DNA from: Octopus vulgaris | Taxonomy: Eukaryota | Assembly (NCBI GenBank): GCA_951406725.2 | Contig: OX597822.1 | Span: 61,380,001-61,444,000, forward strand | DNA length: 64,000 nucleotides | Direction of reading: 5' to 3' | In this document: in pieces, positions 14,139 through 26,541 of the stretch | Numbering within the stretch: the first letter of the stretch is position 1 | How the letters are laid out: every line of letters starts with the position of its first letter | Translations under genes and position numbers: made by a program | The notes under the pieces: model-generated | Databases searched by the model: none | Seen by the model: only the letters and a program-made list of their open reading frames with translations | What the model was told of the DNA's origin: nothing

Positions 14139-14782
14139 TACAATTTAAAAATAGGATAAAATCTTCATAAGAATTTATTAAGTAGTTAGCGTGAAAAACC
14201 TCATAAGAGAAAAAATCCATCAATTTTTTCACTTAAATATATTTATTTATATCATATAAAGGGCATTATTACACATAAATGCCACACACTAGGAGGGACT
14301 CTTAAAGTCAAAACTACTAAAATAAACATATCGTACCAAACCAACTCTTGAAGCAAGTCATTTAAAAACAGAATTCAGCTGCATATCACACTGTGATTTC
14401 GTAATCAGTGCAGTGGTATGCACTTTTCACTCCTCAGTGCAAGCATAATTCAAGATATATAATGAATGAACAAAAACAACATACCAGGCGAACAACTATC
14501 GTATCCAATGAAGCATGTAGAAATGTTTACCCCTTATACATATATGTAAATGGCAGGCTTTTTCGAATTGCATTTCGGTAACAATGTGCTTATTTGGAAT
14601 AAAAATTCAGTATTGAATATACTCCGGTTAAATTTACAATTTAAAAATAGGATAAAATCTTCATAAGAATTTATCAAGTAGTTAGCATGAAAAACCTCAT
14701 AAGAGAAAAAAATCCATCAATTTTTTCACTTAAATATATTTATTTATATTATATAGAGGGCATTATTACACATAAAAGCCAC
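14139..14782 (-). mobile_element. Non-coding partial-tandem element (496-bp unit + 147-bp repeat) carrying the hammerhead; Penelope pLTR/retrozyme-like
   Basis: Direct repeat 14139-14285 vs 14635-14782, abutting a (TA)n tract, with the hammerhead in the unique portion. Confidence 0.7.
14380..14441 (-). ncRNA. Type I hammerhead ribozyme motif, intact core
   Basis: Minus strand: UGCA-CUGAGGA-GUGA aa AGUGCA uaccac UGCACU ga UUAC-GAAA-UCACAGUGUGA-UA/UGCA. All three stems pair and all core nucleotides are present. Confidence 0.85.
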
Positions 14783-14954
14783 GGGGCTGAACATGAGACA
14801 TATTTATGAAGTAAGGTTCTTAACCAGAGTAGAAAGACTTATGTCCCGAGAGACACAGTGGATCAACTCCAGAATCTCATGGTTGCAAAACAATTCTTAA
14901 CCACATAGGCATGTCTGCACCTCCTCCCCTTCAAAAAAGAAAAAAGAAAGTTAC

Positions 14955-15008
14955 CATTCGTTTCCTCTTTTTCCATTCTTTAACACACTTCTGTCTTTCT
15001 TGGTAAAT
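14955..15008 (-). CDS. PSMC3IP: HOP2 exon 7 (IYQERQKCVKEWKKRKRM)
   Basis: TAG/GTAACT boundaries, 54 nt; conserved EWxKRKRM. Confidence 0.95.
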
Positions 15009-16511
15009 CTAAATGAGGATAGAAACTTAAAGCATAACATTCTGAGCAAAGTAAATGAAATAAGGGAGACACTACATAGTTGATCTGCTAGAATTAGTCC
15101 CTCAATTAGTTACTTGATCTGCTAGAATTAGTCCCACAAAAATAAACTTTGTCATCTTAAAAAAATAACAGATAAATGATGTAGCCCTGGAGAAAAACAG
15201 TCATTGTGTGAATATTTTTGATCACAAGTCAGTCCTGGTTGAGCAGAGCTACCAATAACAAGGTAACATTCCCATAAAATCTGATTCATGTTGGTTATGC
15301 ATTAGACTCATAGAAACCTCTTAATACAATTGTATGCTATTTCTATATAAAGTATTTGGAGATGTCCTAAAACCCATTGAAGTCCTTCTGAAGATTCCTA
15401 TATCTAAAAATAACTCAGTTCTATTAGACTTAATCCATCTCCAAGTTTAACACTGCAACATGACACTTTGGGTGCTTCCAGCATAGTTCACTCTATTACA
15501 AATGTTCAAGTGAGGTCTCTGGTTTGAGAATACCTTCCCCTCATCCTTTCTCCAGTTTCACAAGCTTTGTAAAGAGTCATGGAGATTACATTTGTTCTTG
15601 ATATATATATATATATCATCATCATCATTGTTTAACGTCCGCTTTCCATGCTAGCATGGGTTGGACGGTTCAACTGGGGTCTGGCAAGCCCGAAGGCTGC
15701 ACCAGGCCAGTCAGATCTGGCAGTGTTTCTACAGCTGGATGCCCATATATATATATATATATATATATATTTGTCATCTTCATCATTTAACATACGATTT
15801 CCATGCTGGCATGGTTTGGCCAGAGATATTAAGGCCAGGCTTTATTGCTTGTTCAGGCATGGTTTCTATGGTTGGATGTCCTTCCAAACGTCAATCACTC
15901 TACAGAGTGTACCAGGTGCTTTTTAAGTGGCACCGGTACCAGTGCTTATTACATGGCAGCAACATGTGTCATCGTCATCATCGTTTAATGTCCACTTCCT
16001 ATGCTGGCATGGGTTGGACAGTTTTACTGGAAACTTTTAAGGCAGGGTGGCTGTACCAGGTTCCAATCTGATTTCCACGGTTGAATGCCCTTCCTCATGC
16101 CAACCACTCTGAGAGACTAGTAGCATCGGCCACGACTACGGTCTTGCTTGGCTTCACAGATTAACACAACCTGGGTATATTGCCAAGGGTTTTGGTCACC
16201 TGTTACTGTCTCCATGAGGCCCAATGCTCAAATGGTACTTTTTACGTGCCACCAGCACAGGTGCCAGTCAGACAGCACTGGCATCAGCCATGACTAAATT
16301 TCACTTGGTTTAACAGGTCTTCACAAGCACAGCATATCGCCCAAAAACTGATAGATGCATTTAATGAGCATATATATATATATGTATACATATACGTTGC
16401 TAAAGAGAACAAGGGCACTAATCAGTAGGAGTATTGCTAGAAATATGAGTCAAAACAATTCAATAGCCACAATGAGCTGACAATGGTGACAGGCTCCCTA
16501 TGGTTGCAGAT

Positions 16512-16577
16512 AGAGCCAGATCACTGATGATTTTGCATTTTGATGCTTAATGAATCTTAACACTCATCAGTGGCTCT
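16512..16577 (-). ncRNA. Degenerate type I hammerhead motif (GAAA mutated to AAAA)
   Basis: AGAGCCA-CUGAUGA-GUGUU...AAUGC-AAAA-UCAucagUGA-UC/UGGCUCU; 7-bp stem I. Confidence 0.6.
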
Positions 16578-18396
16578 CACTATGTCTAGGGTTAAACCCA
16601 TCTTGCCTTATGAGCTTATAAGATTTCTGTTGAAATCATACGCTGATTTCATAATGGTAAAAGCCACCCATATTATTTATATATATTAAATCAAATTCAC
16701 AAATTCGATGACTGGCACCTGTGACAGTGGAGCATTAAGAGCATGATCGCTGCCAGAGCAGCTGACTGGCTTCCGTGCTGGTGGCACATAAAAAGCACCA
16801 TTCAAATGTGATCGTTACCAGCGTCGCCTTACTGGCACTTGGGCCTGTGGCACATGAAAAACATTTGAGCGAGGTCATTGCCAGTGCCGCTGGACTGGCC
16901 CCTGTGCAGGTGGCACATAAAAAACACCACTTGAGTGTGGCCGTTGCCAGTACCACCTGACTGGCCCTCATGCCGGTGGCATGTAAAAGCACCCACTATA
17001 CTCTCAGAGTGGTTGGTGTTAGGAAGGGCATCCAGCCATAGAAACTCTGCCAGATCAGAATGGAGCCTGGTGCAGCCATCTGTTCGCCAGTCCTCCGTCA
17101 AATCGTCCAACCCATGCTAGCATGGAAAGCGGATGTTAAACGATGATAATGTGTGTGTGTGCAATGACATGTGGCCAAGTGGTTAGAGTGTTGCACTTAT
17201 GATTGTGATGGATTGGCACTTTGTTCAGGAAGAATGCTGGCCTGCTCACTTAGCCAGCAGGGTGGAATCATTCAAAATCTACAAAAATGTGAGTGGGGAA
17301 GTGCATTGTGACCAGCAGTGTATAACATGTACGGTACCACATAAAAGCACTTAGCACACTCTGTAAAGGACGGGCATGCCAAATCAGACTGGATTCTGAT
17401 GCAGCTCCTCAGCAATAGTCAAACCGTCCAATTCATGCCAGTATGGACATTGGACATTAAATGATGATGATGAATAGTCTGGCTGACAAGCAGAAAAGAC
17501 AGATAAACAAAATGTAGGTGCTAGGAGTGTATTCACATAGAAAGTTGCATATATAGATAATTGATGTACATCATTTATTTGTGAATACTCATTATGCCTA
17601 TTGCTGTTTATATGTCTTTTCTGCTTCCATACCTTCTTGATGAAGGTTGCTTTTACAGCCAAATTCTTACTTCAGAGCTACCTGCTCTGGATGAAGTTGT
17701 TGGACCACTACCTTGTATTTAGCTGGCAGAATTGTTAGCACGCCGGGCGAAATGCTTAGCGGTATTTCGTCTGCCGTTACGTTCTGAGTTCAAATTCTGC
17801 CGTGGTCGACTTTGCCTTTCATCCTTTCGGGGTCGATAAATTAAGTACCAGCACTAGGGTCGATGTAACCGACTTAAGCCCTTTGTCCCCTCTGTGTTTA
17901 GTTCCCTGTGAGCAATAAAGAAATATATTTATATCATGCTTACTTAAGCATTCTTCAGCCAGCTACCAATCCTGACAGGCTGCTGCTACCCTGGAATATC
18001 ATCATCATCATTTTTAACATCCACTCTTCTATGTTTGCATGGGTCAACGAGAGCTTCCTGAGGCAAATTTTCAATGCTGACCCTCACCTGTTTCCAGCAA
18101 GGTAACATTTCTTCAATACCAACCATGTTTCCAGAGGATATTGGAAATGAATGACACTGCTTGTGTGACTGATACTCATTTACAAACTATGCAATGTTGA
18201 GACAAAGAGACACAAACATACACACACATATACATGACAGGCTTCTGTCTGTCTACCATATTCACTCACAAAACTTTGGTTGGCCCAGGTCTCTAGTAGA
18301 AGGCACTTGCCCAAGGTGCCACCCAGTGAGATTGAAATGAATACCATGTAGTAAGAAAACGAACTTATTAACCACACTGCTATGCCTACATCAAGT

Positions 18397-18729
18397 TGAG
18401 ACCCCCTTCGGTCATGACTGACCGTGGGATTGCATCTAGAAAGTTACCTTCCCAGGCACAAGTCCGGGCAAGGTTGTTTATGGAAGACCAGCAGTCGCCC
18501 AAGCATACCAGCCTCCCCTCTCTATGCCACCAGTATTATCGAAGAGAAAGGCAACAGCAGATACAGCTTGGCACCTGTGACGTCACAACTCATTTCTACA
18601 GCTGAGTGAACTGGAGCAACGTGAAATAAAGTGTCTTGCTCAAGAACACAATACGCAGCCCGGTCCGGGATTCGAACCCACAACCTCACAATCGTAAGCT
18701 CAACGCTCCAACCACTGAGCCATGTGCCT
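18397..18729 (-). mobile_element. tRNA-derived SINE, further family; fragments at ~31412-31530 and 62705-62845
   Basis: tRNA-like head, gtgttcttgagcaagacacttta body, shared 3' region. Confidence 0.7.
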
Positions 18730-18814
18730 TAACATCTACATCTAGTATTTATTTATTTATTAACCCAGAAGATATGAAGGGTGAAGATGACAAAATGATA
18801 ATGAAAAAAGGTAC

Positions 18815-18892
18815 CTTATCCTTTTCTTCTTTTGTGATAACAATTGCATTCCCAGCTTTTAATTTGACTAGTTTCTCAGACAGCTTTCCATT
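18815..18892 (-). CDS. PSMC3IP: HOP2 exon 6 (NGKLSEKLVKLKAGNAIVITKEEKDK)
   Basis: CAG/GTACCT boundaries, 78 nt; ITxEEK motif. Confidence 0.88.
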
Positions 18893-19104
18893 CTGTAACA
18901 AAAGGAAAGGACAATGACAATGATCATTTTAGTTACAAGCCTCACAAAATACTACACTCCAAATTGTTTACAGCTGCTCACAAGACAACAATGTCAAAAA
19001 CATACAATGAAACACTTGTAATTTCACAAGACATAATTTGGAACCTGGGCAAATGAAGAGCTCTTTTAAGTGGTAGCTTACCTTGCTGGTAATAGACTAT
19101 AGAG

Positions 19105-19282
19105 CAGTGTTTCTTCACTGGGGTTTCCTGGAACCCTAGGGTTCCGTAAGAAAGAGCGAGATAAGCAATGCTAATTTCATGATTGTAATACATGCACAAT
19201 ATTGTAATACATGCACAATATATTATTGGTTATGGTAAAACAGACATCATCCTATCTAACCCATTATGTTATCGAAAAAATA

Positions 19283-19314
<32 letters not shown>

Positions 19315-19816
19315 CTAGCACTATGACCCGGCGTTGCCGGGTCATAGTGCTAGTGCATGCATATACAGCTGCGTGCATGTGCACATAAACGCGAGTACTG
19401 TCCAAATCTCCGACCAATCACATATAGCTAGCTGGCATTCAATTGGCTTATCAAGTTTTGGGCATTTTGATTAGGTTTTGGATAAAAAATTCACAAAAAA
19501 GTCACTGCTATTGATTTTTTAATGGCTTTGCGGGGTGACTGGGGAAAGGTAAAGATGTGCACGACCACCCTTGGATGGTTTTGAATGACCATAGAAAGTG
19601 CGAGCCCTCTAACTGAAAAATTGTGGATTTGTATAAAGGACACACACACAGACAGACATTTTGCCGTTTATATATATAGAGATGATACTACCACATGAAC
19701 AACGATGAAAAAAATATGAGAAAGATACAGTATATAATTTTTTGTGTGCAGGGGTTCCTTGAGACATGTAATTTATTTTAAAGGTTACACAAGGGTAAAA
19801 AGGCTGAGAAACACTG
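19105..19816. mobile_element. hAT-type MITE with 8-bp TSD CTATAGAG and a nested Helitron-like element
   Basis: TSDs at 19097-19104 and 19817-19824; TIR CAGTGTTTCT / AGAAACACTG. Confidence 0.85.
19314..19683 (-). mobile_element. Non-autonomous Helitron-like element
   Basis: Minus strand starts TCTCTATATATATAAACGGC, ends in a GC-rich hairpin + CTAG; related copy at 35872-36253. Confidence 0.65.
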
Positions 19817-20714
19817 CTATAGAGTCATTGATATACTACAAAAAAAAAATGCACAAAAAAAGCAAAATGATCAAGCAAATTTAGAAGGGGAAGGAAGAGG
19901 ACAACCTTTCCACCCATGAAAAGATGACAATGGTAGAACCTAAGCTGAGAATGTAAAAGGACCTCACTTTATAGTAGAGCCTGATATTTAATTCAGTATT
20001 TTCACCAACCATTACTTCTCTGAGACTTGTGGAAAGGATAAGAAAGGAAGGTGTCCTCAAATTGGAAACCTGGCTTGAAAGCTTGCAACAGAGTAGATTC
20101 TACTAAAGGCACCCGAAGTGCCAAGTAGTGGTATTAAACTGGGTACTGGGTCTTGGATTAAGTCTAATGCACAAGTAGACCACCATAGGATTTGAACTCT
20201 GAACAAATATTGCAAAGCGTCCAGTCCAATATTCTTACAATTCTATCTCTCCATAGTCCTGCATTGGTTACTTTATTATTAACCCTCAAAAGGACGAAAG
20301 GCAAAGGTAACCTTGACAGGTTTTGAACTCAGAGTGTAGAGATTCAGAACAAATACAGTAAGACATTGTATTTGATGCTCAAACAACCCTGCCAATGTGT
20401 CTTAATAACATCAATATCATCATTTAACACCTGTTTTCCATACTGGCATGGGTTGTACAGTTTGACAGGAGCTAGCCAGTTGGAGAGTGGCACCAGGATC
20501 TGTTTTTGAATGCCTTCTACAGCTGGATGTCCTTCCTAATGCCAACCATTTCATAGTGTACTGGATGCTTTTTATGTGGTAACAGTACCAGTATACAAGG
20601 TACTAGCACGGGTGCTTTTTACATGACACCAGTACAATTGTCCCTTACGTGGCATGGGTGCTTTTTTTTAAACATGGCACAAGTAGTACTTTAAAAGTAA
20701 TAAGTATTACTTAC

Positions 20715-20785
20715 ATCTTTGGTGTAAGTCTCAAGTTGTTTCTGAGCTTCTTCAGTGGACAACGAACAGCTAAGTTGTTTCTGTT
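20715..20785 (-). CDS. PSMC3IP: HOP2 exon 5 (EQKQLSCSLSTEEAQKQLETYTKD)
   Basis: CAG/GTAAGT boundaries, 71 nt, phase 1 to 0. Confidence 0.88.
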
Positions 20786-22079
20786 CTGCAAATTAAAAAT
20801 AAAAATGTTTACGCTTATAATAAACAACAGTTTCATGAATTACCACTGGCATTAAGATACATTCATCCTTATCTTTAGATTTCATTTAGTTGTTTAAGAT
20901 GCTCAAAATAGTAACCAAATCTCTCAAATTATGCCCAACTGTGTTATGTAAAGGAAGGACATAATATTAGATTGGTTGGCGTTAGGAAGGGCATCCAGCT
21001 GTAGAAACACTGCCGGATCAGACTGGGCCTGGTGCAGCCTTCTGGCTTCCCAGACCCCAGTTGAACCATCCAACCCATGCTAGCATGGAAAGCGGACGTT
21101 AAATGATGATGATGTAGTCCCTTGATACAGTAATTCATTATGGTTGGCAATAAGTACCAGTCCTATTCTAGTAATATGTAATTCAGGACAGCCTAATGTA
21201 AACAGAACATCGAATGCATGCTGTAGATAAGACTGGCTTAACTTTTTTGTTACTGTATTTATTTTGAGATGCTCCGTGTTTCTTTCAGTTACTTTAAATA
21301 TAACAAAGAATTCAGTAAAATAACTTAGTTATCATTCAGTTAGTGTTAGGAACATAAATTGTGACTAAGATTTGGTGGAAGATATTAATTCAAAACTTAT
21401 GAAAACAAGACATTTGTACAACAGAGCTACAGCCAGTTTCAGCTAGCTTGGTAATGAAAGGGTTAAAAAACATTCATTGTTGCAAAATAATTTACAGCAG
21501 GTTTTATAGATAGGAAAAGAATTCATCAGAATTAACCATCATACACTGAATGACACATAATACATAGTCGTAAGTTCAAGTATTAACAGCTGGAATACTG
21601 TTGATCATAAGTCTGCTTGACCAGGGATGACCTGGGGTTAAATGACAATAACAACAGTGGAATAGTCAGCAAAAGAGCCTCTATGTAATTGTCAATCTGC
21701 ATGAAATAGCAGCCAAATCTCTCTCAAATTACACCCTTCTGTGTTATGAAAAGGAAGGACACACTACACAATGTAGTCCATGACATAGTAATTTATTATG
21801 GCTGGAATACCTTTGATCTTAGGTTTGCTTGATTGAAAATGATGATCAGGGTCTAAATAAAAACACAGTTGAAGAGTGAAGAAGGAAGCTTTCATATGGT
21901 TGCTCAATCTGCTGGAAATAGCAGCCAAATTTCCCTAAAAATAACACCTTAGTGTCTTAAAAGAAGACACTGGATTTTATAGTCCCACATACATTATACT
22001 TAAATAAAAGTTGTGTCACCATGGCTGTAACACTTTTGGCCTAAGGTCTGCACAAACACAGCTGACCAAGGACAAAATC

Positions 22080-22510
22080 ACAGATGTGGTGCAGCCTGTT
22101 ACCACATCAACAGCAGCCCCTACCTTGCTCAGCATATTAATCTCATGAAAAACTGTTCAGAAACGTGCAACCAGGTGAATACCCACTGTCAGGCATCTTC
22201 CATACTCTGAACATCTTGCTTCCTGGGTATGGACACATCAAAGCTCTGACATTTTGCAACTGAGTTGGGAGACACTCACAATCTTTCAAACAACAACCAT
22301 GAGCACCTTTTTGAATTTCATAAATCTAACACTTATGGACATGCTTACAAAATCAAAGAACAATAGAACACCCATGACTTTTGGGATCATTTTTTTTCAC
22401 ACTCAGAATTGCTGAAGCATGGATTAAACTACTTGCATCAGTTGTTAGCTGTCAGGAAGCTACATCCTTTAAAACTTCAATGCTTCCAGAAATTCGCCAG
22501 CAGTACACCT
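22080..22510 (+). mobile_element. Decayed CR1-like 3' fragment in HOP2 intron 4
   Basis: TVQKRATR, GHAYKIK, FFTLRIAEAWIKL remnants. Confidence 0.55.
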
Positions 22511-22794
22511 GATGCTCCTCCCACCACCACTTTTTATTTTTAATAACTCATTGTCCATTTCCTGTGAATTATTGTATGAACTCTTCATGCACTTTTGGCT
22601 ATTTTTTCTGAAGAGGGGCACAAAACCAGCAACTTCAAGGAATATTAGTTGTTACTATCAACCACAGTACTAGACAGGTACTTTATTTTGTTGACCATGA
22701 AAGGATGAAAAGCAAAGTCAACCTCGGTAGATGAACACAAAACATAAAGCACAAGAACAAGAACAAATGTACTTGGGCACTCTATACAATAAGT

Positions 22795-22825
<31 letters not shown>

Positions 22826-22877
22826 ACAACACTCTAATATGATTCTCTGCCTTCTTTTGTTCTTTTACTTTACTCAC

Positions 22878-22989
22878 CCTTTTCTAATAAACTGACTTCA
22901 TTTTGTAAGTTCTGTAACTTGGAAGTAAGCTTCTGAACATCCGATTCCAGAGTTTTCATTTCAGCATCACTTAGACTTGAAAAATTATC
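22878..22989 (-). CDS. PSMC3IP: HOP2 exon 4 (DNFSSLSDAEMKTLESDVQKLTSKLQNLQNEVSLLEK)
   Basis: CAG/GTGAGT boundaries, 112 nt, coiled-coil heptads, phase consistent. Confidence 0.9.
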
Positions 22990-24369
22990 CTGTAAAAATA
23001 ACAGTAAGGTATTCAGTATTTTCTACTCTGCTTCTGTTGTGGTTTTGTTCCAGATCAGTCTGAATCTAACATACCTATAAGCAATAGCATTCCAGCCATG
23101 ACCATCAGATGTAGTGTAATTTCAGACATTATTCACTACATCCTTCTCCTTTTAAGCTGGCAAACTGGAATTTGAAAGGAATTTTACTACTATTTCTAAC
23201 ATGTAGAGCAATCACTTCGAAAATTTGCTTCATTAGCGCTTTTTTTTTTTTCAATTCTTAATAATGGTTTCAATTTTGGCACAAAGCCAGCAAAGGAGTA
23301 TTAGTTGTTACCATCAACCCCAATACTAGACAGGTACTTTATTTTGTTGACCATGAAAGGATGAAAGGCAAAGTCGACCTCGGTAGGAAATGAACACAAA
23401 ACATAAAGCACCAGAACAAATACAACAAGGCAGTTTATCTGATGTTCTAATGAGCCTAGGTATCCACTACCCTGTTACTAATTAATAATGCTGTTTAGTA
23501 TATGAAATATTAAGATGATGAGACACTGACAACGTAGTCATCAGTTCAAATCTTGCCACAGCTGTTGTCCTTGGGAAAGGTAAGGCATTTAACTTTGTTA
23601 GGTTGTTGTTATTGTTGAATCTCATGTTAGCACAGTCAAACAGTTACATTCATTACCATCCAATCTTACTTTCAGACAATGTATCCAGCGCTACATTATC
23701 CAATGTGTACGTTCTTACTCTGTTCTGAGGATATTTGGTTGCTATTTTTAGCAGGTCTTGTAGAGACACTCTCATTCGTTTGGTTTTACTTTCACCAGTC
23801 AGTTTCAATTATCAGATACACTGAAATCCACATTGTCGATATTACCCCAAAATTTAAAAAGTGAGCTGGCATAATCATTACTGTGCTAGGAAAAGTGCCA
23901 AGTGACATTTCTTCTAACTTTACATTGAGTTCAAATGCTGCTTGGGTTGACTTTGCCATTCATCCTTTTACCACCCCTGAGAACTTGCTGGCCTTGTGCT
24001 AAAATTTTAAATCAATATTATCTAAAAATTTGTATCAGCCGAGTTTAATAATTATCTCCCTTGGCTTGCTTCTGTTTTTTTTTTTTCTTTTCTGTTTCCT
24101 TTGCCTATTTACCAATTTCTTCAGATTTCAGTTTTCCAACTCGCTGTATAAAAATTGTGAGAGTCTACCAAATAAGTATTTGAATGCAGAGTGGTCCCTT
24201 GAGGTATTTTCCACCAGCCTTATTATTTATATTCAACTAACCAATCAGCCAACTACCTCTCTCTCTCTATACATATATATATATATATATATAGGTGAGT
24301 GGACAAATGAAAGGAGAGCACTCAACACATTAATTGGGAGTTAATGTATGGATCAAAACAGTTTGATTC

Positions 24370-24403
<34 letters not shown>

Positions 24404-24550
24404 GTGCGTATGATATATATTATATATATATTGGCCTGCTAGCTTCGCCAGCGGGGTGGCGTCATTTGAAGGCTAAAACAATGCAAAGCGCATTGTGACC
24501 AGCGATGTGTAGCAACATCTGATAACCTGGTCGGTCATGGTCACACACAC

Positions 24551-24595
<45 letters not shown>

Positions 24596-25611
24596 GAGAG
24601 AGAGAGAGGAAACACACAGGATGGTCACAGTTGGAACATCTTTGATCACAGATTTGCTTGATTAGTGGTGGGGGATAACAAGGAGCGAAACAACATGTAA
24701 CTGTTTGTAAATAAAGATAGCTAGAAGAAATGACAGAGCAGTGAAAGTCTGCCCTAACATAAAATGGACTGGAAGTAAAAGCATGTTGATGTGCTATGAT
24801 GGAAAGTAGAGACAAATATCTCAAGCATAAGGTACATAGTGATGTTTTTAACTCTGGTGCATGAGAAAGAACCAGGTAATAGATTCATCTATTAACGAGT
24901 CATTGTAACCTTGCAATGAACACAGACAATGACATTTACCACTGTAGTGTTGTGGTAAGTACAGGCTAATGCACCACTCTCACATAGTTAAGAAGTGATA
25001 ATGTATAACTCAAAGTATAGGTTAATATATCCACATAGTTGTGGAGGCGCAATGGCCCAGTGGTTAGGGCAGTGGACTCATGGTCGGAGGATCGCGGTTT
25101 CGATTCCCAGACCAGGCATTGTGTGTGTGTTTATTGAGTGAAAACACCTAAAAGTTCCACAAGGCTCCAGCTGGGGGTGGCGGCGACCCCTGTTGTACAC
25201 TTTCACCACAACTTTCTCTCACTCTCTCTCTTCCTGGTTCTTGAGTAATGCTGCAATGGACTGGCATCCTGTCTAGCTGGGGGGAACACATGTGCCACAG
25301 AAACCGGGCCCATGAGCCTGGCTAGGCTTGAAAAGGGTGACGTTTATCGGTTTTTATATCCACATAGTTAAGCAGTCACTGTGACTTTGGTTGGATTAGA
25401 TAGACACAGTGACATTTAAGCTCTGGTGTCAGTGTATGAAATGGTGAATAAATTTATTACATTTGCCTTTCAAAAACACGAACGTAAAGACAGCATAAGG
25501 AGTGAAGTTCATGTTATAAAATAATGTAATTAGATTAAAATATAAAACAGGAGTAATAACAGAAATGCCCCATATAAATAGCAGTAATATAAATGTTAAG
25601 TTAAAAACTAC

Positions 25612-25701
25612 CTGGTTGGCAACATACACACACTGTTTGCCATAGGTTTTCTTTTTAATTTTGCCAGATTCAGCCAATTCATCAAGGGATTTTGTAACAG
25701 C
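25612..25701 (-). CDS. PSMC3IP: HOP2 exon 3 (AVTKSLDELAESGKIKKKTYGKQCVYVANQ)
   Basis: TAG/GTAGTT boundaries, 90 nt; GKIKxKxYGKQ motif. Confidence 0.95.
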
Positions 25702-26541
25702 CTAAGAAAACATGAAAAAGGTGGAGATAAAAAACTTTTAAGGTGAGAAAGAATAAAATGGAAGGCAAGACACCCCAGCACCCTACCAAAAAAAAAAAGT
25801 TAGAGGCATGAGTAAATAAAGGTATAAAGTGACTTAGCACATAAAATAATATCCAGGTCCTAATCTGTTAGAATTTATAATTCTGATGATTCTAGAGGCC
25901 AAATGGTTTAAGAGCTGGGTTCATGATACTTAGCTTGTAAGTTCAATTCCTGAGCAGGTGGCACATAGTCCTTGAGTAAGGTATTTCATTTCACACTGCT
26001 CCAGTCTACTTGCCTGAAAATAAGAACCAGTGGTATTTGTGGGTTAACTCAGTGATGGACTGGCATCCCATTTAGCAATGGAAGGTGGGGACTAGTACTC
26101 CAGTCACTTAAATTCCACAAAAACTAGAATAAGCTCTAAAACTAGAATAAGTTTGATAGGCCTCTAAGCTTGCGACAGATCAGTTGAAACTTGTTTTAGC
26201 TCCAGATTAGCTCTGAATGAGCAGACTTGCGATCAAAAAGCTTTGCAGTCATGACTGACCATCTTTTTGTGTATCTAGGATTACATTGTCCAATGTATCC
26301 ATCCTTTTTTTAAGATGGTAGGCTGTAATTTAAGAAATTTTGTTGTTCAGTCATGATCAGACTTTGTAATTTTTATGTGTCCAGTTACTATACAGTTGAC
26401 AATTCCACTAAATGTAGAAAAACTAAGATTTGTAGCAGAGGGCATATTATTGTTTATAATTTTACTGACCATAAACTTAGAAAATTACTATTTGTAATTT
26501 TCTAACAATGAGAAATATTCAGCAACAGTACTTTGGAGTAA

